From Octopus sinensis (taxonomy: Eukaryota), in contig NC_042997.1 in the NCBI RefSeq assembly GCF_006345805.1, positions 76,384,001-76,448,000 of the forward strand: a DNA stretch of 64,000 nucleotides, given 5' to 3'. Under the pieces are notes generated by a model, which worked only from the letters and a program-made list of their open reading frames with translations, was not told the DNA's origin and did no database searches. Both the position numbers and the translations under genes were made by a program. Every line of letters starts with the position of its first letter. Position 1 is the stretch's first letter. Shown in pieces: positions 1 to 12,307 of the stretch.

Positions 1-937
1 TCCTTCCTCGACATTTCCGTTACCATTCTTCACTCCACTCTTACCACCTCCATTCACTACAAACACACAGACTCACACTCATACCTCAACTTCTCTTCCT
101 CCCACCCAGAACACACCAAGCTTTCCATCCCCTATTCCAATTCCTCCGTCTACGTAGGCTCTGTAGTGACGACCATGACTTTGAGACTCAGTCTCAACGT
201 ATGGCTCACCACTTCACCCTACGTGGATACCCCCTCACCACTATCCACACCGCCCTTGCCAGAGCACGGTCCGTGGACCGTGTATCTGCTCTCTCTCTCC
301 CCGAACCCGCCCTGTAGTCTCCCGCCTCCCTTTTCCCCTCACTTACCACCCCACGACCCTACATCTCCAACGCACCATTCTTCGAGCTTTCCGTCATCTC
401 CAGTCCGACCCGTCCACTTCACACCTCTTCCCTAACCGACCCCTCCCCTCTTTCAAACGAGCCCACAACCTTCGAGACCTTTTGGTCCATAGCTCCTTCC
501 CTGACCCTACCTCCCAACCCGGCTCGTTCCCCTGCTCCCGCCCACGTTGCCGCACTTGCCCTTACCTCTCCAACACCACCCGCCTCACTAGCACCCACCA
601 TCGACCCTATCCCATCATCCACTCCTTCACCTGCACCTCCAGCAATATTATCTATTGCATCTCTTGCTCTCTCTGCAATTCCTTGTACATCGGACAAACG
701 GGACGCCGCTTGGCTGACCGGTTCGCGGAACACCTTCGTGACATCCACCTTGCGAACGACACACCGGTCTCACGCCATTTCCGCTCCACCGGTCACTCCT
801 TGCAACACCTATCTGTGTTCGGTTTGTCCTTACACAGAGGCCATCCGGATTCCCGTTTGCGCCGTGAACAGGAATTAATCTTCTCTCTTCGCTCTTATAC
901 GCCATTTGGTCTCAACTCTCCCCCCCTCCTCATCTAA
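1..937 (+). mobile_element. Penelope-like element, 3' part of ORF (RT thumb + GIY-YIG endonuclease), two frameshifts
   Basis: Frame 1 reads SFLDISVT...HYKHTDSHSYLNFSSSHPEHTKLSIPYS. After a -1 shift at ~138 it reads QFLRLRRLCSDD...RGYP. After a shift in the (CT)n at ~289-300 it reads ...FKRAHNLRDLLVHS...CSRPRCRTC...NIIYCISCSLCNSLYIGQTGRRLADRFAEH...GLNS. There are no internal stops. Confidence 0.93.
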
Positions 938-1590
938 CCCCCCCCTCTCCCCCCCTCCTCACCTATCCTTTCTCCCCCCGACCCCTACTTCTTCAGTCCT
1001 TCATCCTTTCACCCCTACTCCCCTTCCCTTCTTCCCTCTTTCTACCTCCCTCTTCCCCTTCCCTCTGCTCCCTCACTCCCTCTCTCCCCCTCTCCCTCTT
1101 TCCTCCTTCATCCCCCTCCTCCCCTTCCTTCTCCCCCATCCTCTCCTCTTCCCCCTTCTCCTCCTCCTCTTCTTCCCCTCGCCTTCTCTCCCCCCTCTTC
1201 TCCCCCCCCCTCTTCTCCTCACTACACCACATGACTTTACACATCACATCACATATGATGTGCCATACTAATACACACACCAACTAATACATACTAATAC
1301 ATACCAGTACATACTAATACTTACACCAACCCTATACATACACACGTCCAGACCCCGCATACGCACTTATACTCTCTCACACACACACACACACACCTAT
1401 ACATACCAATACGTACTAATACATACTAATACATACTAATACATACACCAACCCCATACATACGCACGTCCAGACCAATCTTACGCACTAATACTCTCTC
1501 ACACACACACACACACACACACCCTTATACATACTAATACATACACCAACCCTATACATACACACATCCAGACCCCTCCCACGCACTTTT
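938..1590 (+). repeat. C/T-rich low-complexity tract, then ~3 imperfect 100-120 bp repeats (PLE 3' region)
   Basis: Polypyrimidine tract at 938-1215. The motif ATACATACTAATACATACACCAACC...CCAGACC...CGCACT recurs near 1300, 1430 and 1530. Confidence 0.7.
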
Positions 1591-1763
1591 AGCTGGTCCC
1601 TCAACCCATTTATCAACCCTATTATCTCCCCTTATTTCGCTCTCGCGTCTCATGTTTGATCTTTGACCTCTGGCCGAAATCAGATCGCCATGTTGATTCG
1701 TTAGCTACTGCACGCATTTTTTTTTTCTCTCTCCTTCTTTCTGTGTTTTTCTCTCTCTGTGTA

Positions 1764-1801
1764 TCTTTCTGTTGAAGAGCGTAGGCTCGAAACGTTAAAG
1801 A
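1764..1801 (+). ncRNA. Minimal type I hammerhead ribozyme, core variant CUGUUGA, in PLE terminal repeat
   Basis: Stem I TCTTT/AAAGA; core CTGTTGA-A; stem II GAGC-gtag-GCTC; GAAAC; palindromic ACGT; putative GUU cleavage triplet. Confidence 0.7.
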
Positions 1802-1889
1802 CTTGTTTTATTTATATTTCCTGAGCGCCATACTAATACAATTGTTCGTTTGTTTTCCACCTGCCTTCGTCTTTTGTTTATTTTCATAA

Positions 1890-1926
1890 AGCTTCCCGTT
1901 ATATATATATTATATATATATGTATG

Positions 1927-1981
<55 letters not shown>

Positions 1982-2039
1982 ATATATATTATATATATAT
2001 GTATATATGTATATATATATGAATATATATATGTATTTA

Positions 2040-2070
<31 letters not shown>

Positions 2071-2134
2071 GTATTTATATATGTGTATATATATATAATA
2101 TATATATATATGTGTATATATATATATGTATTTA

Positions 2135-2181
<47 letters not shown>

Positions 2182-2192
2182 GTATATATATA

Positions 2193-2248
<56 letters not shown>

Positions 2249-2293
2249 GTATATATATATGTATATGTATATGTATATATATATATGTATATG
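1890..2293. repeat. (TA)n/(TATG)n microsatellite
   Basis: Direct inspection. Confidence 0.97.
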
Positions 2294-2843
2294 CAGAAGG
2301 CTTGTTTTAAAGGGTAAAAAAATATATTTGAGTCATTATCTCAGAAGAATGTTATAAAATTTTTTCATACAGTGACATAGTTCTTGAAGAAATTACCGGT
2401 TTCGTGTTAACTTTTCAAATTTCTCAAAACATTGTGTTACGACTTCGTTATGAAGTGTAAAGAAGAGTTCCAGGTAATTGGAGGTAATAAGGGATTTCTT
2501 CCGGTGTAAGGAAGATAATCGCTTTATATTGCTTGCCTCTTTTACTTAAAGCTGTGAGTTTCTCTGTATAAGAATGTTAGAGTGGTTAAGTTTGGGCTTA
2601 TATTTTTCAATGAAGAATGTTTCCTTGTTTAGTCTAATTTGTGTTGGTGTTCCAATAGCACATTGATAAAATGGAAAGATTAAAAATAGTGGTAGTAGTT
2701 ACTTTGCGCATTTCTCAATATGCTCACTAAAGGGTATCATTCTGTATTCTGGGAATGCTATCTGTTGTCGATGCAGTGTGCATCTTCGTCTGAGTGATAG
2801 TACCGTGGACCCCACGTAGTTATGGTGGCAGCCAAAAAGGATC
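2294..2843 (-). mobile_element. PLE GIY-YIG endonuclease C-terminal fragment plus 3' region
   Basis: Minus strand reads CHHNYVGSTVLSLRRRCTLHRQQI...EHIEKCAK*LLPLFLIFPFYQC...RLNKETFFIEKYKPKLNHS*. Confidence 0.85.
2386..2428 (-). ncRNA. Degenerate minimal hammerhead ribozyme (probably inactive)
   Basis: Minus strand: AGAAAT-TTGAAAA-GT taac AC-GAAA-C CG GTA-ATTTCT. Stem I and the ACCGGT palindrome are intact, but the core has C3U and G8A. Confidence 0.55.
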
Positions 2844-3483
2844 AGTGAAGAATTCATTACTAAATCGGTTGAATTCATCCTGCATAATAACCACTTCATG
2901 TTTGACAATACATTTTACCGTCAAAAATCCGGAATTGCTATGGGTACAAGGGCAGCACCAGTCATTGCAAACCTAACAATGGGCTACCTGGAAATAGTTG
3001 TTTACCAGGAATCTTTATCAACCTTTGGAAACCCTCTCTCTCAATACATAAAAGAGAATTGGAAACGATTCCTGGACGATTGTTTTATACTCTGGAATGA
3101 AAACACAGATAAACTCCTAAAATTCAAAAACCTATTGAACAGCATCAACCCAAATATACAGTTCACAATGGAATACAACCAAAAGGAGCTTCCATTCTTA
3201 GATATACTAATTTAAAAAATTAACTTTAAAATAGAAACAGACATTTTTTACAAAGCCACAGACGCCAAACAATACCTACTTTTTGATTCATGCCACCCAA
3301 GACACACTAAAACAAACATCCATTTCAACCTTGCAAGAAGGATATGCACAATAGTGTCAGAACAAAATACCAGGAACTTTAGACTACAAGAACTCAAAAA
3401 CACCCTAATTGACAGACACTACCCAGCTCAACTCATAGAGGATGAGATCAGACTTGCAACAGAAATCGACATAGAAACTTTGA
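2844..3483 (+). mobile_element. PLE reverse transcriptase fragment, inverted relative to the adjacent endonuclease piece
   Basis: Reads FILHNNHFMFDNTFYRQKSGIAMGTRAAPVIANLTMGYLE...WKRFLDDCF...LPFLDILI*...YLLFDSCHPRHTK...LARRICTIVS, with one in-frame stop. Confidence 0.92.
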
Positions 3484-4065
3484 GATGCTACTGTAGTTTT
3501 TAGCCCCAGGAGGACGAGAGGTCAATACCTCGAAACTCGAGTCCGTGTGTATCATAAGTTGAAGACGGGAAGGATGACTTCCCTTTGCAAATACTGACAG
3601 GGCACAGAAAGTGTGTCTATGGCCAGCTGGAGGAGTGTGTCCTCCTGGGGCTAAAAACTACAGTAGCATCCACCCTTAGGGGTAGCCATATTGAAATGGC
3701 AAATATGCGTCACGATGTGTTACCGCTACTGTATATAACTCACTTTGATATTTATCATTGTTTGATTTCACTTTTTCAATATCAGCGACAGTGGACGCTG
3801 GAAAAAGTATAAGTATTTGTGAAGGAAATCTAATTCTCAGCGACAACTATGATTGTCACACGCTGACGAGAGGTCAATACCTCGAAACTCGAGTCCGTGT
3901 GTATCATAAGTTGAAGACGGGAAGGATGACTTCCCTTTGCAAATACTGACAGGGCACAGAAAGTGTGTCTATGGCCAGCTGGAAGAGTGTGTCCTCCTGG
4001 GGCTAAAAACTACAGTAGCATCCACCCTTAGGGGTAGCCATATTGAAATGGCAAATATGCGTCAC
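3484..4065 (+). mobile_element. Non-coding HHR element (retrozyme/PLE-pLTR-like): 352-bp unit x1.57 with a 32-bp 5' inversion
   Basis: 3513-3713 recurs at 3865-4065. 3484-3515 is the reverse complement of 3639-3670. The element ends in (TA)n. Confidence 0.85.
3857..3901 (+). ncRNA. Canonical minimal type I hammerhead ribozyme
   Basis: CACACG-CTGACGA-GAGGT caat ACCTC-GAAAC-TCGA-GTC-CGTGTG. All core positions are canonical, the stem III palindrome is ACTCGAGT, and GUC cleavage is predicted after 3895. Confidence 0.95.
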
Positions 4066-4074
4066 TATATATAT

Positions 4075-4478
4075 ACTCTTTTACTCTTTTACTTGTTTCA
4101 GTCATTTGACTGCGGCCATGCTGGAGCAGCGCCTTTAGTCGAGCAAATCGATCCCAGGACTTATTCTTTGGAAGCCTAGTACTTATTCTATTGGTCTCTT
4201 TTGCCTCACCACTAAGTTACGAGTATGTAAACACACCAGCATCGGTTGTCAAGCGATGTTGGGGGGACAAACACAGATACACAAACATATTCATGCACAT
4301 ACATATACCTATATACAATGGGCTTATTTCAGTTTCCGTCTATCAAATCCACTCACAAGGCTTGGTTGGCCCAAGACTATAGTAGAAAACACTTGTCCAA
4401 GGTGCCATGCAGTGGGAATGAACCCGGAACCATGTGGTTGGTAAGCTAGCTACTTACCGCACACCACTCCTGCGCCTA
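4075..4478 (-). mobile_element. tRNA-derived SINE (octopus-type)
   Basis: Minus strand has a tRNA-like head (GGCGCAGGAGTGG...GGTTCATTCC), a GGCACCTTGG...CTACTATAG core, and a GCTCCAGCATGGCCGCAGTCAAATGACTGAAACAAGTAAAAG tail. Confidence 0.85.
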
Positions 4479-4909
4479 TAAACGATGAACAACCTTAATC
4501 GAATTTCGAACCTTATCAGAGGCATCAAGATCATTTTTATATATATATTAAATGTATGTATATATATATTAAATGTATGTACAATAAGTTCTAGGGTTGA
4601 TTTGCCAGACTAAAGACGGTGCTCCAGCGTGGCCATAATCAAATGACTGAAACAAATAAAAAAAGAATACATTATGCAAAATATATATATATATGATATG
4701 TATAGTATATTTATATTATATATATATACTCTGTCTATTTCAGCTTCACGTCTCATGTTAAATATATAATTCTATAGCTCCTCTTACTTATCGATGTCTA
4801 AGATTTAACCCTGTTAGTTTATCTCTATTCTGTTTTACTCTGTCTAATTCTGCTTCAGGCCTCATATATATAATTCTATAGTTCCTCTTACTTATTGATG
4901 TCTAAGATA

Positions 4910-7900
4910 AACTTAGCTCATGCCTCTCCCCTAAATCTGCAACATATCTCTGAATTATGTCACTTAATACCTACAATGGAGTATTCCTTCTCCAAGAGAT
5001 GAGATGCGCCCCTTCATGGCTGCTAGTTTTCGCGGTGCACCTGCCCTCTACCTTTACCGGAAGTCCCAATTTTGTCATCCTTAGTTGTCTCCCATGAACA
5101 CTTCAAAAGTCTTACGCCACCCCCACCCACTGCTATATAAGGTAATGATCATACAGTGCAAAATATGATAGTGTAGTGTATGCGGTTTGAACTTAAGTCT
5201 AGTGTTTGTCTATGAATCCTGCCAAATGCAAGTTTTCTTTTCAGGTACATGAAGCTACTGTCCCCTGTCCTAAGGTCCCTAGGGCCCACACCTCCCACAC
5301 CCTCAGGGTTGGCACACTGAAAGATAAGTCTGGCGAGATTGTTGAGTTGCTTGAACAGAGAGGTGTTGATATGTGTTACATTCAAGAAGTGAGGTGGAGA
5401 GGAGGCTCTACTAGGTTCCTCACAGGCAAAGAACACAGGTACAAGATTTTCTGGGCTGGGAACACTGACGGGGTCGGGGGCGTGGGTATACTTCTTGCTG
5501 AAAAATGGGTAGATAAGGTAATTGAGGTAGTCAGAGTATGCAACAGAATATTTAAGATAAGATTAGTGCTTCATCATGGATTAGCAACCATTATATCGGC
5601 CCATGCCCCTCAGCCAGGGCTACCCGATGGACAGAAAGACCGATTCTGTGACACCCTACTGCAGACTACCTCATCAACAAACAACAGGGGCCTTCTCTTT
5701 GTGGCTGGTGACTTCAATAGGCATGTTGAACAACATGCTGGGGCTACAGTTATGGTTCCCGCAACGAGGAGGGAACCAGGCTTCTGGAGTTCTGCCATGC
5801 GAATGATCTTATGGTTTGCAACACTAACTTCAGGAAACCTACCAGCCACCTAGTCACCTACCGATCGGGCCGACATACTAGCCAAATTGACTACATCCTT
5901 GCCAGAAAAAGGGAAAGATGGCTGCTTATAAATGCCAAAACCTTCCCAGGCGAAGAATGTACCCCACAACATAGACTGGTAGTTAGTGACTTTAGGATCA
6001 GGACTAAGAGGACAACCAGAAGACGACCAACATGGAGTAGAAGGGTCTGGAAGCTTAAAGATCCTACGAATGGGCAGAGATTTAGAGACATATTACTCGA
6101 AGCCTTTGACGAAATAGAAGGGGATATAGCTTCACATGGGGTAGAAGACAACTGGAGGTTTCTAAGGGACAACCTGCTGAGAGCCACTGACCAGATCTGT
6201 GGATGGTGCAAAGTCCCTTCAAGACCCAAAATAACATGGTGGTGGAACAATGTTGTAACAAGGCTATTAGAGAAAAGAAACAGGCTTGGAAGGACTGGAA
6301 GAACGGTGGTAGCAGGGAAGTGTATCAGACTGCCAGAAGGGAAGCTAGGAGGCAGGTGTATTTAGCCACAGGGGAAGCAGATAAGAAAAAATTTGCCAAT
6401 GTTCTGCGCTGTGAGGATGACTTGAGTTATTTTGTGTTGCAAGACAGTGTGAGAGAGTCGTGATGTAGGAGAGAAATGTGTCTGCATGGATGATGGCTCA
6501 CTTGTGTTTAATGAGGCTGTAAAGAGAGATACTTGTGAGGCCACTATGAAAGGTTGCTAAATGACGAGAATGAATAGGAGAAACAGAGACTGCCGAATGT
6601 TGACCCAACAAAAGGAACAGCTATCCGAATTGACAGTACTTTGGGAGATAAAGCAATTAAGGGTTTCAAGGCAGGGAAAGCCCTTGGCCCATCAGGAATC
6701 ACCGCAGAGACGCTTAAAATATCTGGTAGTGTCATCACCTGTATAGTCAATCAGGTGATACATGAAGGAGTCATGCCCAATGACTGGTGTAGCAACACCC
6801 ATAGTCAACTGTTACAAAGGTAAAGGTGATGCATTAGATACAAATAATTACAGAGGTATCAAGTTGTTGGACCAGGTAATGAAAGTCATGGAGAGGGTCA
6901 TAGCCCAACTACTTAAGGAGAGAGTAATTTTAGACGAGATGAAGTTTGGATTTGTGCCAGGGAAAAGCACCACTGATGCTATATGTCTGGTAAGACAGTT
7001 ACAGGAGAAATACCTAGCCAAAGATAAACCTATGTACCTGGTTTTGTTGACATGCAGAAAGCCTTTGACAAGCTCCCCTGATCCCTTATCTGGTGATCAA
7101 TACAGAAACTAGGGATAGATAAGTGGTTAATGAGAGCTGTACAAGCTATGTACAGGGATGCTGTCAGTAAGGCGAGGGTTGGCAACGAGTACAATGAAGA
7201 ATTCCGGGTAGAATTAGGTGTCCACCAAGGATCAGTCTTTAACCCCCTCCTATTTATCATAGTCCTCCAGAAAATAACAGAGGAATTCAAGACCTGATGC
7301 CCCTGGGAGCTCCTCTGTGCTGACAACCTTGCTCTAATTGCTGAGTCACTATCAGAACTCGCGGAAAAGTTTCAGGTGTGGAAACAAGGATTAGAATCAA
7401 AGATAAACACTGAAAATGTGTAGAGAACAACCTCTGCCACATTCCAGGGAGAAAAACTAGAAGTAGTTGATAGCTTCCATTACCTCGGTGATCAAGTCAG
7501 TAGCGGAGGAAGGGTGCGCTGAAAGTGTAGCTGCTAGAATAAGAATAGTCAAAGTTCAGAGAGCTCTTACCTCTGCTGATGATAAAGGGCCTCTCTCTCA
7601 GAGTAAATGATAAACTGTATGACGCATGTGTAAGAACAGCCATGCTACATGGCAGTGAAATATGGGCCGTGACTGCTGAGGGCATGCGTAAGCTCGCAAG
7701 GAATGAAGCCAGTATGATCCGATGGATGTGTAATGTCAGTGTGCATACTCAACAGAGTATTAGTACCTTGAGAAAAAAGTTGGACCTAAGAAGCATCAAA
7801 TGTGGTGTGCAAGAGAGACGACTGTGCTGGTATGGTCATGTGGTGAGAATGGATGAGGACAGCTGTGTGAAAAAGTGCCACACTCTAGCTGTTGAGGGAA

Positions 7901-8440
7901 GTGAAATCGAAATCAAATTCGATGACTGGTATCTCTGCTAGTGGAGCACTAAGAGCACCATCCGAGTGTGATCATTGCCAGAGCTACTAACTGGCTTCCA
8001 TTCCGGTAGTACATAAAAAGCACCATTCGTGTGTGATTGTTACCAGTGTCACCTTACTGGCACGTAAAAAAAACATACCATTCGAGTGTGATTGTTACCA
8101 TCATTGCCTTACTGGCACTTGTGCTGGTGGTATGTGAAAAAACATTCGAGCGAAGTCGTTGCCAGTGCCACTGGACTGGTTCCTGTGCAGGTGGCATGTA
8201 AAAATCACCATTTGAGCGTGGCTGTTGCCAGTACTGCCTCACTGGTCCTCGTGCTGGTGGCATGTAAAAGCACCCACTACACTCTCAGAGTGGTTGGCGT
8301 TAGGAAGGGTATCCAGCTGTAGAAACTCTGCCAGATCGAGATTGGAACTTGGTGCAGCCTTCTGGTTTGCCAGACCTCAGTCAAATTGTCCAATCCATGC
8401 TAGAATGGAATGTGAACATTAAATGATGATGATGACGATG
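4910..8440 (+). mobile_element. RTE-clade LINE, near full length, decayed (APE endonuclease + RT, 3' repeat array, (GAT)n tail)
   Basis: APE motifs LRVGTL...QEVRWRG...VGGVGILL...AGDFN and SQIDYIL. RT motifs NYRGIKLLD, FGFVPGKSTTDAI and HQGS, plus C-terminal RLCWYGHV. Many frameshifts. The 5' boundary is approximate. Confidence 0.92.
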
Positions 8441-9080
8441 ATATTATATAATATATATATATAATACATATGTATATAATATAAATATTATATATGTAAT
8501 TCTTATATATCTATTATATAAATTGGACATTGGCGATCATCGTATTCTTTTTTGTCTTGAGGTTCACAGCCAAATGGCTGGGTGCATTCATGTGAAAAAT
8601 GGCACACAGGTGGAGACGGGTGCATAGATTGGAATGCAGTTTGTATTTTTTTCCTAGCTCCCATACTTACCGAGAAAATCGATTATAACGTTTTCTAATG
8701 GAATTCCCCTGTTTGTTCCGTTGTTAAAACAACCAGTTGCTTTCACAGCCAGCATACACCATTTCTCTAGCAGCAAGAGGAGTTCAGTATGACAGCCAAC
8801 CAAAACTTTCGCTATGCTCTCTCTCTTCTTTCACCTCTTTGTGGGGTTAATAATCTTAATCTTTCAAACTGCATAATAGGCAGAATTTTCAGATTAAGAC
8901 AATAGGGTGTTTTGAAGGAGATTTGACTGCTATTTCTGTCAGGTCTACCATGTAGAGGTCTGAATTTAATTTCCATTCACATATTTGCATTTCAAAAATT
9001 TTAAATAATCTTTTCCATAAATCAACTATCGTAAAAATTTTATACGATGACCTCACATTTTCTATGTATGTGTGTGTACC

Positions 9081-10175
9081 TTAACCCTTTCATTACCAAA
9101 CTGCCCAAAGCTGCCCGAAAAAAATTTTGGTTAATGTGACCAAACCGCCCAAACCTGCCCGTATTTACCTATTCATATTTAAATGAGAATATCAGAGCAA
9201 ATCTCTTTAGTACATTCGTGAAAACACGTATTATACTTCGTAAACAGTCCATCTACAGTTTTGTACAACAATCGAAGTGTAATTTTAATTCCGTGAATTT
9301 TGGGAGATTTTTTTCCGAAATTTGTTCCTATTGTGTTTTCAAAATTTGTAATTCTGACAAAAAATGGATACGAATTTCATTATATCAAGCAGCGAGTCAG
9401 AATTCGAAGGATTTTCTACTGAAGACCTTCATAAATCTAACTCTATGACTGAAAAAAAAAAAGCACGTGGTATTTGATAATGAATCTGATGTTTCATTTT
9501 CCGAAAGTGAAAACAGTGAATCCGAGAGCTCCGACAGCGATAAAGAAAATGAATTGGCACCTGAATGGAGTGAAAATTTAAAAACTGTTTCTTTCGGTGA
9601 TTTTTCTGAAGAAACTGGACCAAGCCACAGACTTTCCCAGGAGAGTAAAGCCTTAGACTATTTCTTTTTACTTTTTCGAATGAGCCTATTTGAAATCATT
9701 ACGGCGGAAACAAACCATTACGCTAAATGTAAACAAAGCGAAAGAAAGGATAGTTAGTGGTTTCCCACAACCTTAAATGAAATTAAGATTATTTTGCCAT
9801 AAATATTATTATGGGTATCAGAAAGTTACCCAGAATAACAAATTCTATTGTAAAATTTTGTTGTATACCCAATTGAATATTAGCTAATAACCCATTTTCT
9901 ATAGCGATGTTTGAACAAAATTTTAATAATTTTATATTTTGTTGAATTTACCTCTTTCTACCTGCAATTAGAGTCACTTTGTGACAAAAATTATAGTATA
10001 GAATTGGTTGAGGACATTTCATTAAATTATCTTCCAAATTTTACGTTAATATATTGATAAATAAAAAAGTTATAGTTGTTTAATGAAACCAGACTAAATT
10101 TATGATTATGTTAGAAATTAATTGAAACACATAAGGGGTGTATTTTGGTCAGAAATATAGTAACGAAAGGGTTAA
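9081..10175 (+). mobile_element. Non-autonomous piggyBac deletion derivative, copy 1
   Basis: TTAA-CCCTTTCATTAC...GTAACGAAAGGG-TTAA. Carries a PGBD4-like acidic N-terminus (SESEFEGFS...LFEIITAETNHYAK...WFPTTLNEIK) and no catalytic core. Confidence 0.92.
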
Positions 10176-10849
10176 AAGACGATCATCACGACACGTACCT
10201 TCACTCACTCACTCTATTTGTCTTTTTCATCCTCTTTCTCTCTCTCATACACACACGCATACACACACATTCACACACATACATGTCAATTTCATATATC
10301 TTATTTCAATATCTGCTTTCTGCAAATAAATTTTTTTATGGATACAACTGCTTACAAAAATTGGGATTAATGTATAATTTCTTTCTATGTTCATAATTGA
10401 ATGAATGTTTTAATGATTAGACAGAGGTGCAATAGAACAGCTTTCAGAAACAGACTACGTATAAATTCGTTCTTCGCAACTCCTGATGGTGTTTTCTTAG
10501 AGGGGGTGGGGAGTCAGCAAATTCTCATACAGCTGGAAGCTCAAATTGGAACAGGGGATCTGAAATGATATGGTTGAGAAATGCTGTTATAGATTATGCC
10601 TAAACAAAAACGACCACAGCCACATCATCCAAACAGACCTGGTGCTAGTATAATATAAATATATATGTATAATATGTATATATAGTATATATGAGTGTCT
10701 ATATCTAAATATTTTGATATGTCTATCTGTATGTATGTATATGTGTATGTTTGTGTTGCTTAAATATTTGTATATACATGCATCGATTGGTATATGAATG
10801 TATGTAAATATGTATATATATCTATATATATGTATGTATATATTATTGT

Positions 10850-11350
10850 GACTCCTTTCGGTCATGAATGACCATGGAATTGCACCAGGAAAGTTACCCT
10901 CCGAGGCACATGTCTGGTCAAGGTTGTTTATGAAAGACCAGCAGTCGCCCATGCATACCAGCTTTCCCTCTCCACGCCACCGATGTTATCCAAGGGAAAG
11001 GCAAAGGCTGATACAGCTTGGCACCAGTGATGTCGCAGCTCATTTATTAACATGCAAGTGGCTTAGCACTCCACAGACACGTGTACCCTTAACGTAGTTC
11101 TTGGGGAGATTCAGCGTGACACAGAGTGTGACAAGGCTGGCCCTTTGAAATACAGGTACAACAGATACAGGAAGAAAGAGTGAGAGAAAGTTGTGGTGAA
11201 AGAGTACTGCAGGGACACCACTACCCCCAGCTGGAACCTCGTGGAGCTTTAAGTGATTTTTGCTCACAATGCCTGGTCTGGGAATCAAAACCGTGATCCA
11301 ATGACTGCGAGTCCAATGACTGCCCTAACCACTGGGTCATTGCGCCTCCA
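10850..11350 (-). mobile_element. Composite tRNA-derived SINE
   Basis: Minus-strand head GGAGGCGCAATGACCCAGTGGTTAGG...GGTTTTGATTCC has A/B-box-like motifs, followed by typical cephalopod SINE body segments. Confidence 0.75.
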
Positions 11351-11520
11351 CATGTGTGTGTGTGTATATATATATATCGTATATTATATGAAATATTTTC
11401 ATATATATCTATGTATGGATTTGTTTGTGTGTATATATATATGTGTGTGTGTGTGTTTGGATATATATAGATATATGTGTGCATATATATGTAGTGGTTA
11501 AGTGTGTATGTAAACAAATA

Positions 11521-12069
11521 TGTAAACCGATTCATAATTGAAATGAATTTATTTACAGGGTTTGATTCATTATAGGTACACTACATACAAAATGTTGGCA
11601 ACTGCTATGAGTTGTTAGAAATACAGAGTACATTTGTGGGTGTCATATCAGGAATGAATATGTTTGTGTGTGTGCGTTGTTCATTTGAAACAGTAGTCTA
11701 TCGGCACTTCGAACATTTTCTCTGTCTCTGCGGTCTGCCAAAACCTTGGGTCGTAGATAGATCTATCTCGTCTGTCTGCCCCGTTTGTCTGCCTCCTTTC
11801 TTGATTCACTAGCGTATTTATAACAAATAGTGGCAGCTAGAAAGAGAGACATACTGCAGCAGAGTTTGTACCTAAATAGGTCAGCCCCTGTCCAGTTGAA
11901 CTTCGCCTGACATGCTGAGGTTGCAGGTCAAAGGGAGATGATCAACCAATTTTTGACAGGACAAAGAAAACCTGTTTTCACACCTGTTGATCGTCGTGGT
12001 TTGGAAGACCGAAAATTCTTGGATTCGGTTTCGAATCTAGGCTTGGAGAAGGAAGTGTTAATTCTTACA
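11521..12069 (-). mobile_element. Solo LTR (549 bp)
   Basis: TGTAA...TTACA termini. On the minus strand, TATAAA lies near 11815 and AATAAA about 30 nt before the 3' end. Flanks are AT-rich, so the TSD is ambiguous. Confidence 0.7.
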
Positions 12070-12307
12070 TATATATATATATATATTAGTCAATTTAGGG
12101 TAGCAAAAAAAATCAATAGAAATTTATCGCAACCAGCGGCCTGGTGGAAAAGAGAAAATAGTCATCGACTAAATATATAAATATAACAATTTAGGAGTGA
12201 CCCCAACAGGTCACTCGTCCACCAGAAAGAGCAGCCATAACTCACACCGCCAAGTAGTATTAATTCAGAAATTAGGTGAAAATTTAAAAACATTTACCCT
12301 AATTCAT

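Noticed and set aside
4493-4522. Possible minus-strand hammerhead (CTGATAA...GAAA)
   Set aside because: G8 is missing, stem II has one pair and stems I and III are poor. At best a decayed relic.
10880-11000. HDV-like ribozyme in the SINE body
   Set aside because: Some helices can be drawn, but I could not build a consistent nested double pseudoknot.
11270-11350. tRNA gene (also at ~4400-4478, 43960 and 56485)
   Set aside because: These are degenerate A/B-box heads attached to SINE bodies, with no complete cloverleaf.
12095-12100. TTAGGG as a telomeric signature of the tandem array
   Set aside because: Only one hexamer per unit, as expected by chance.
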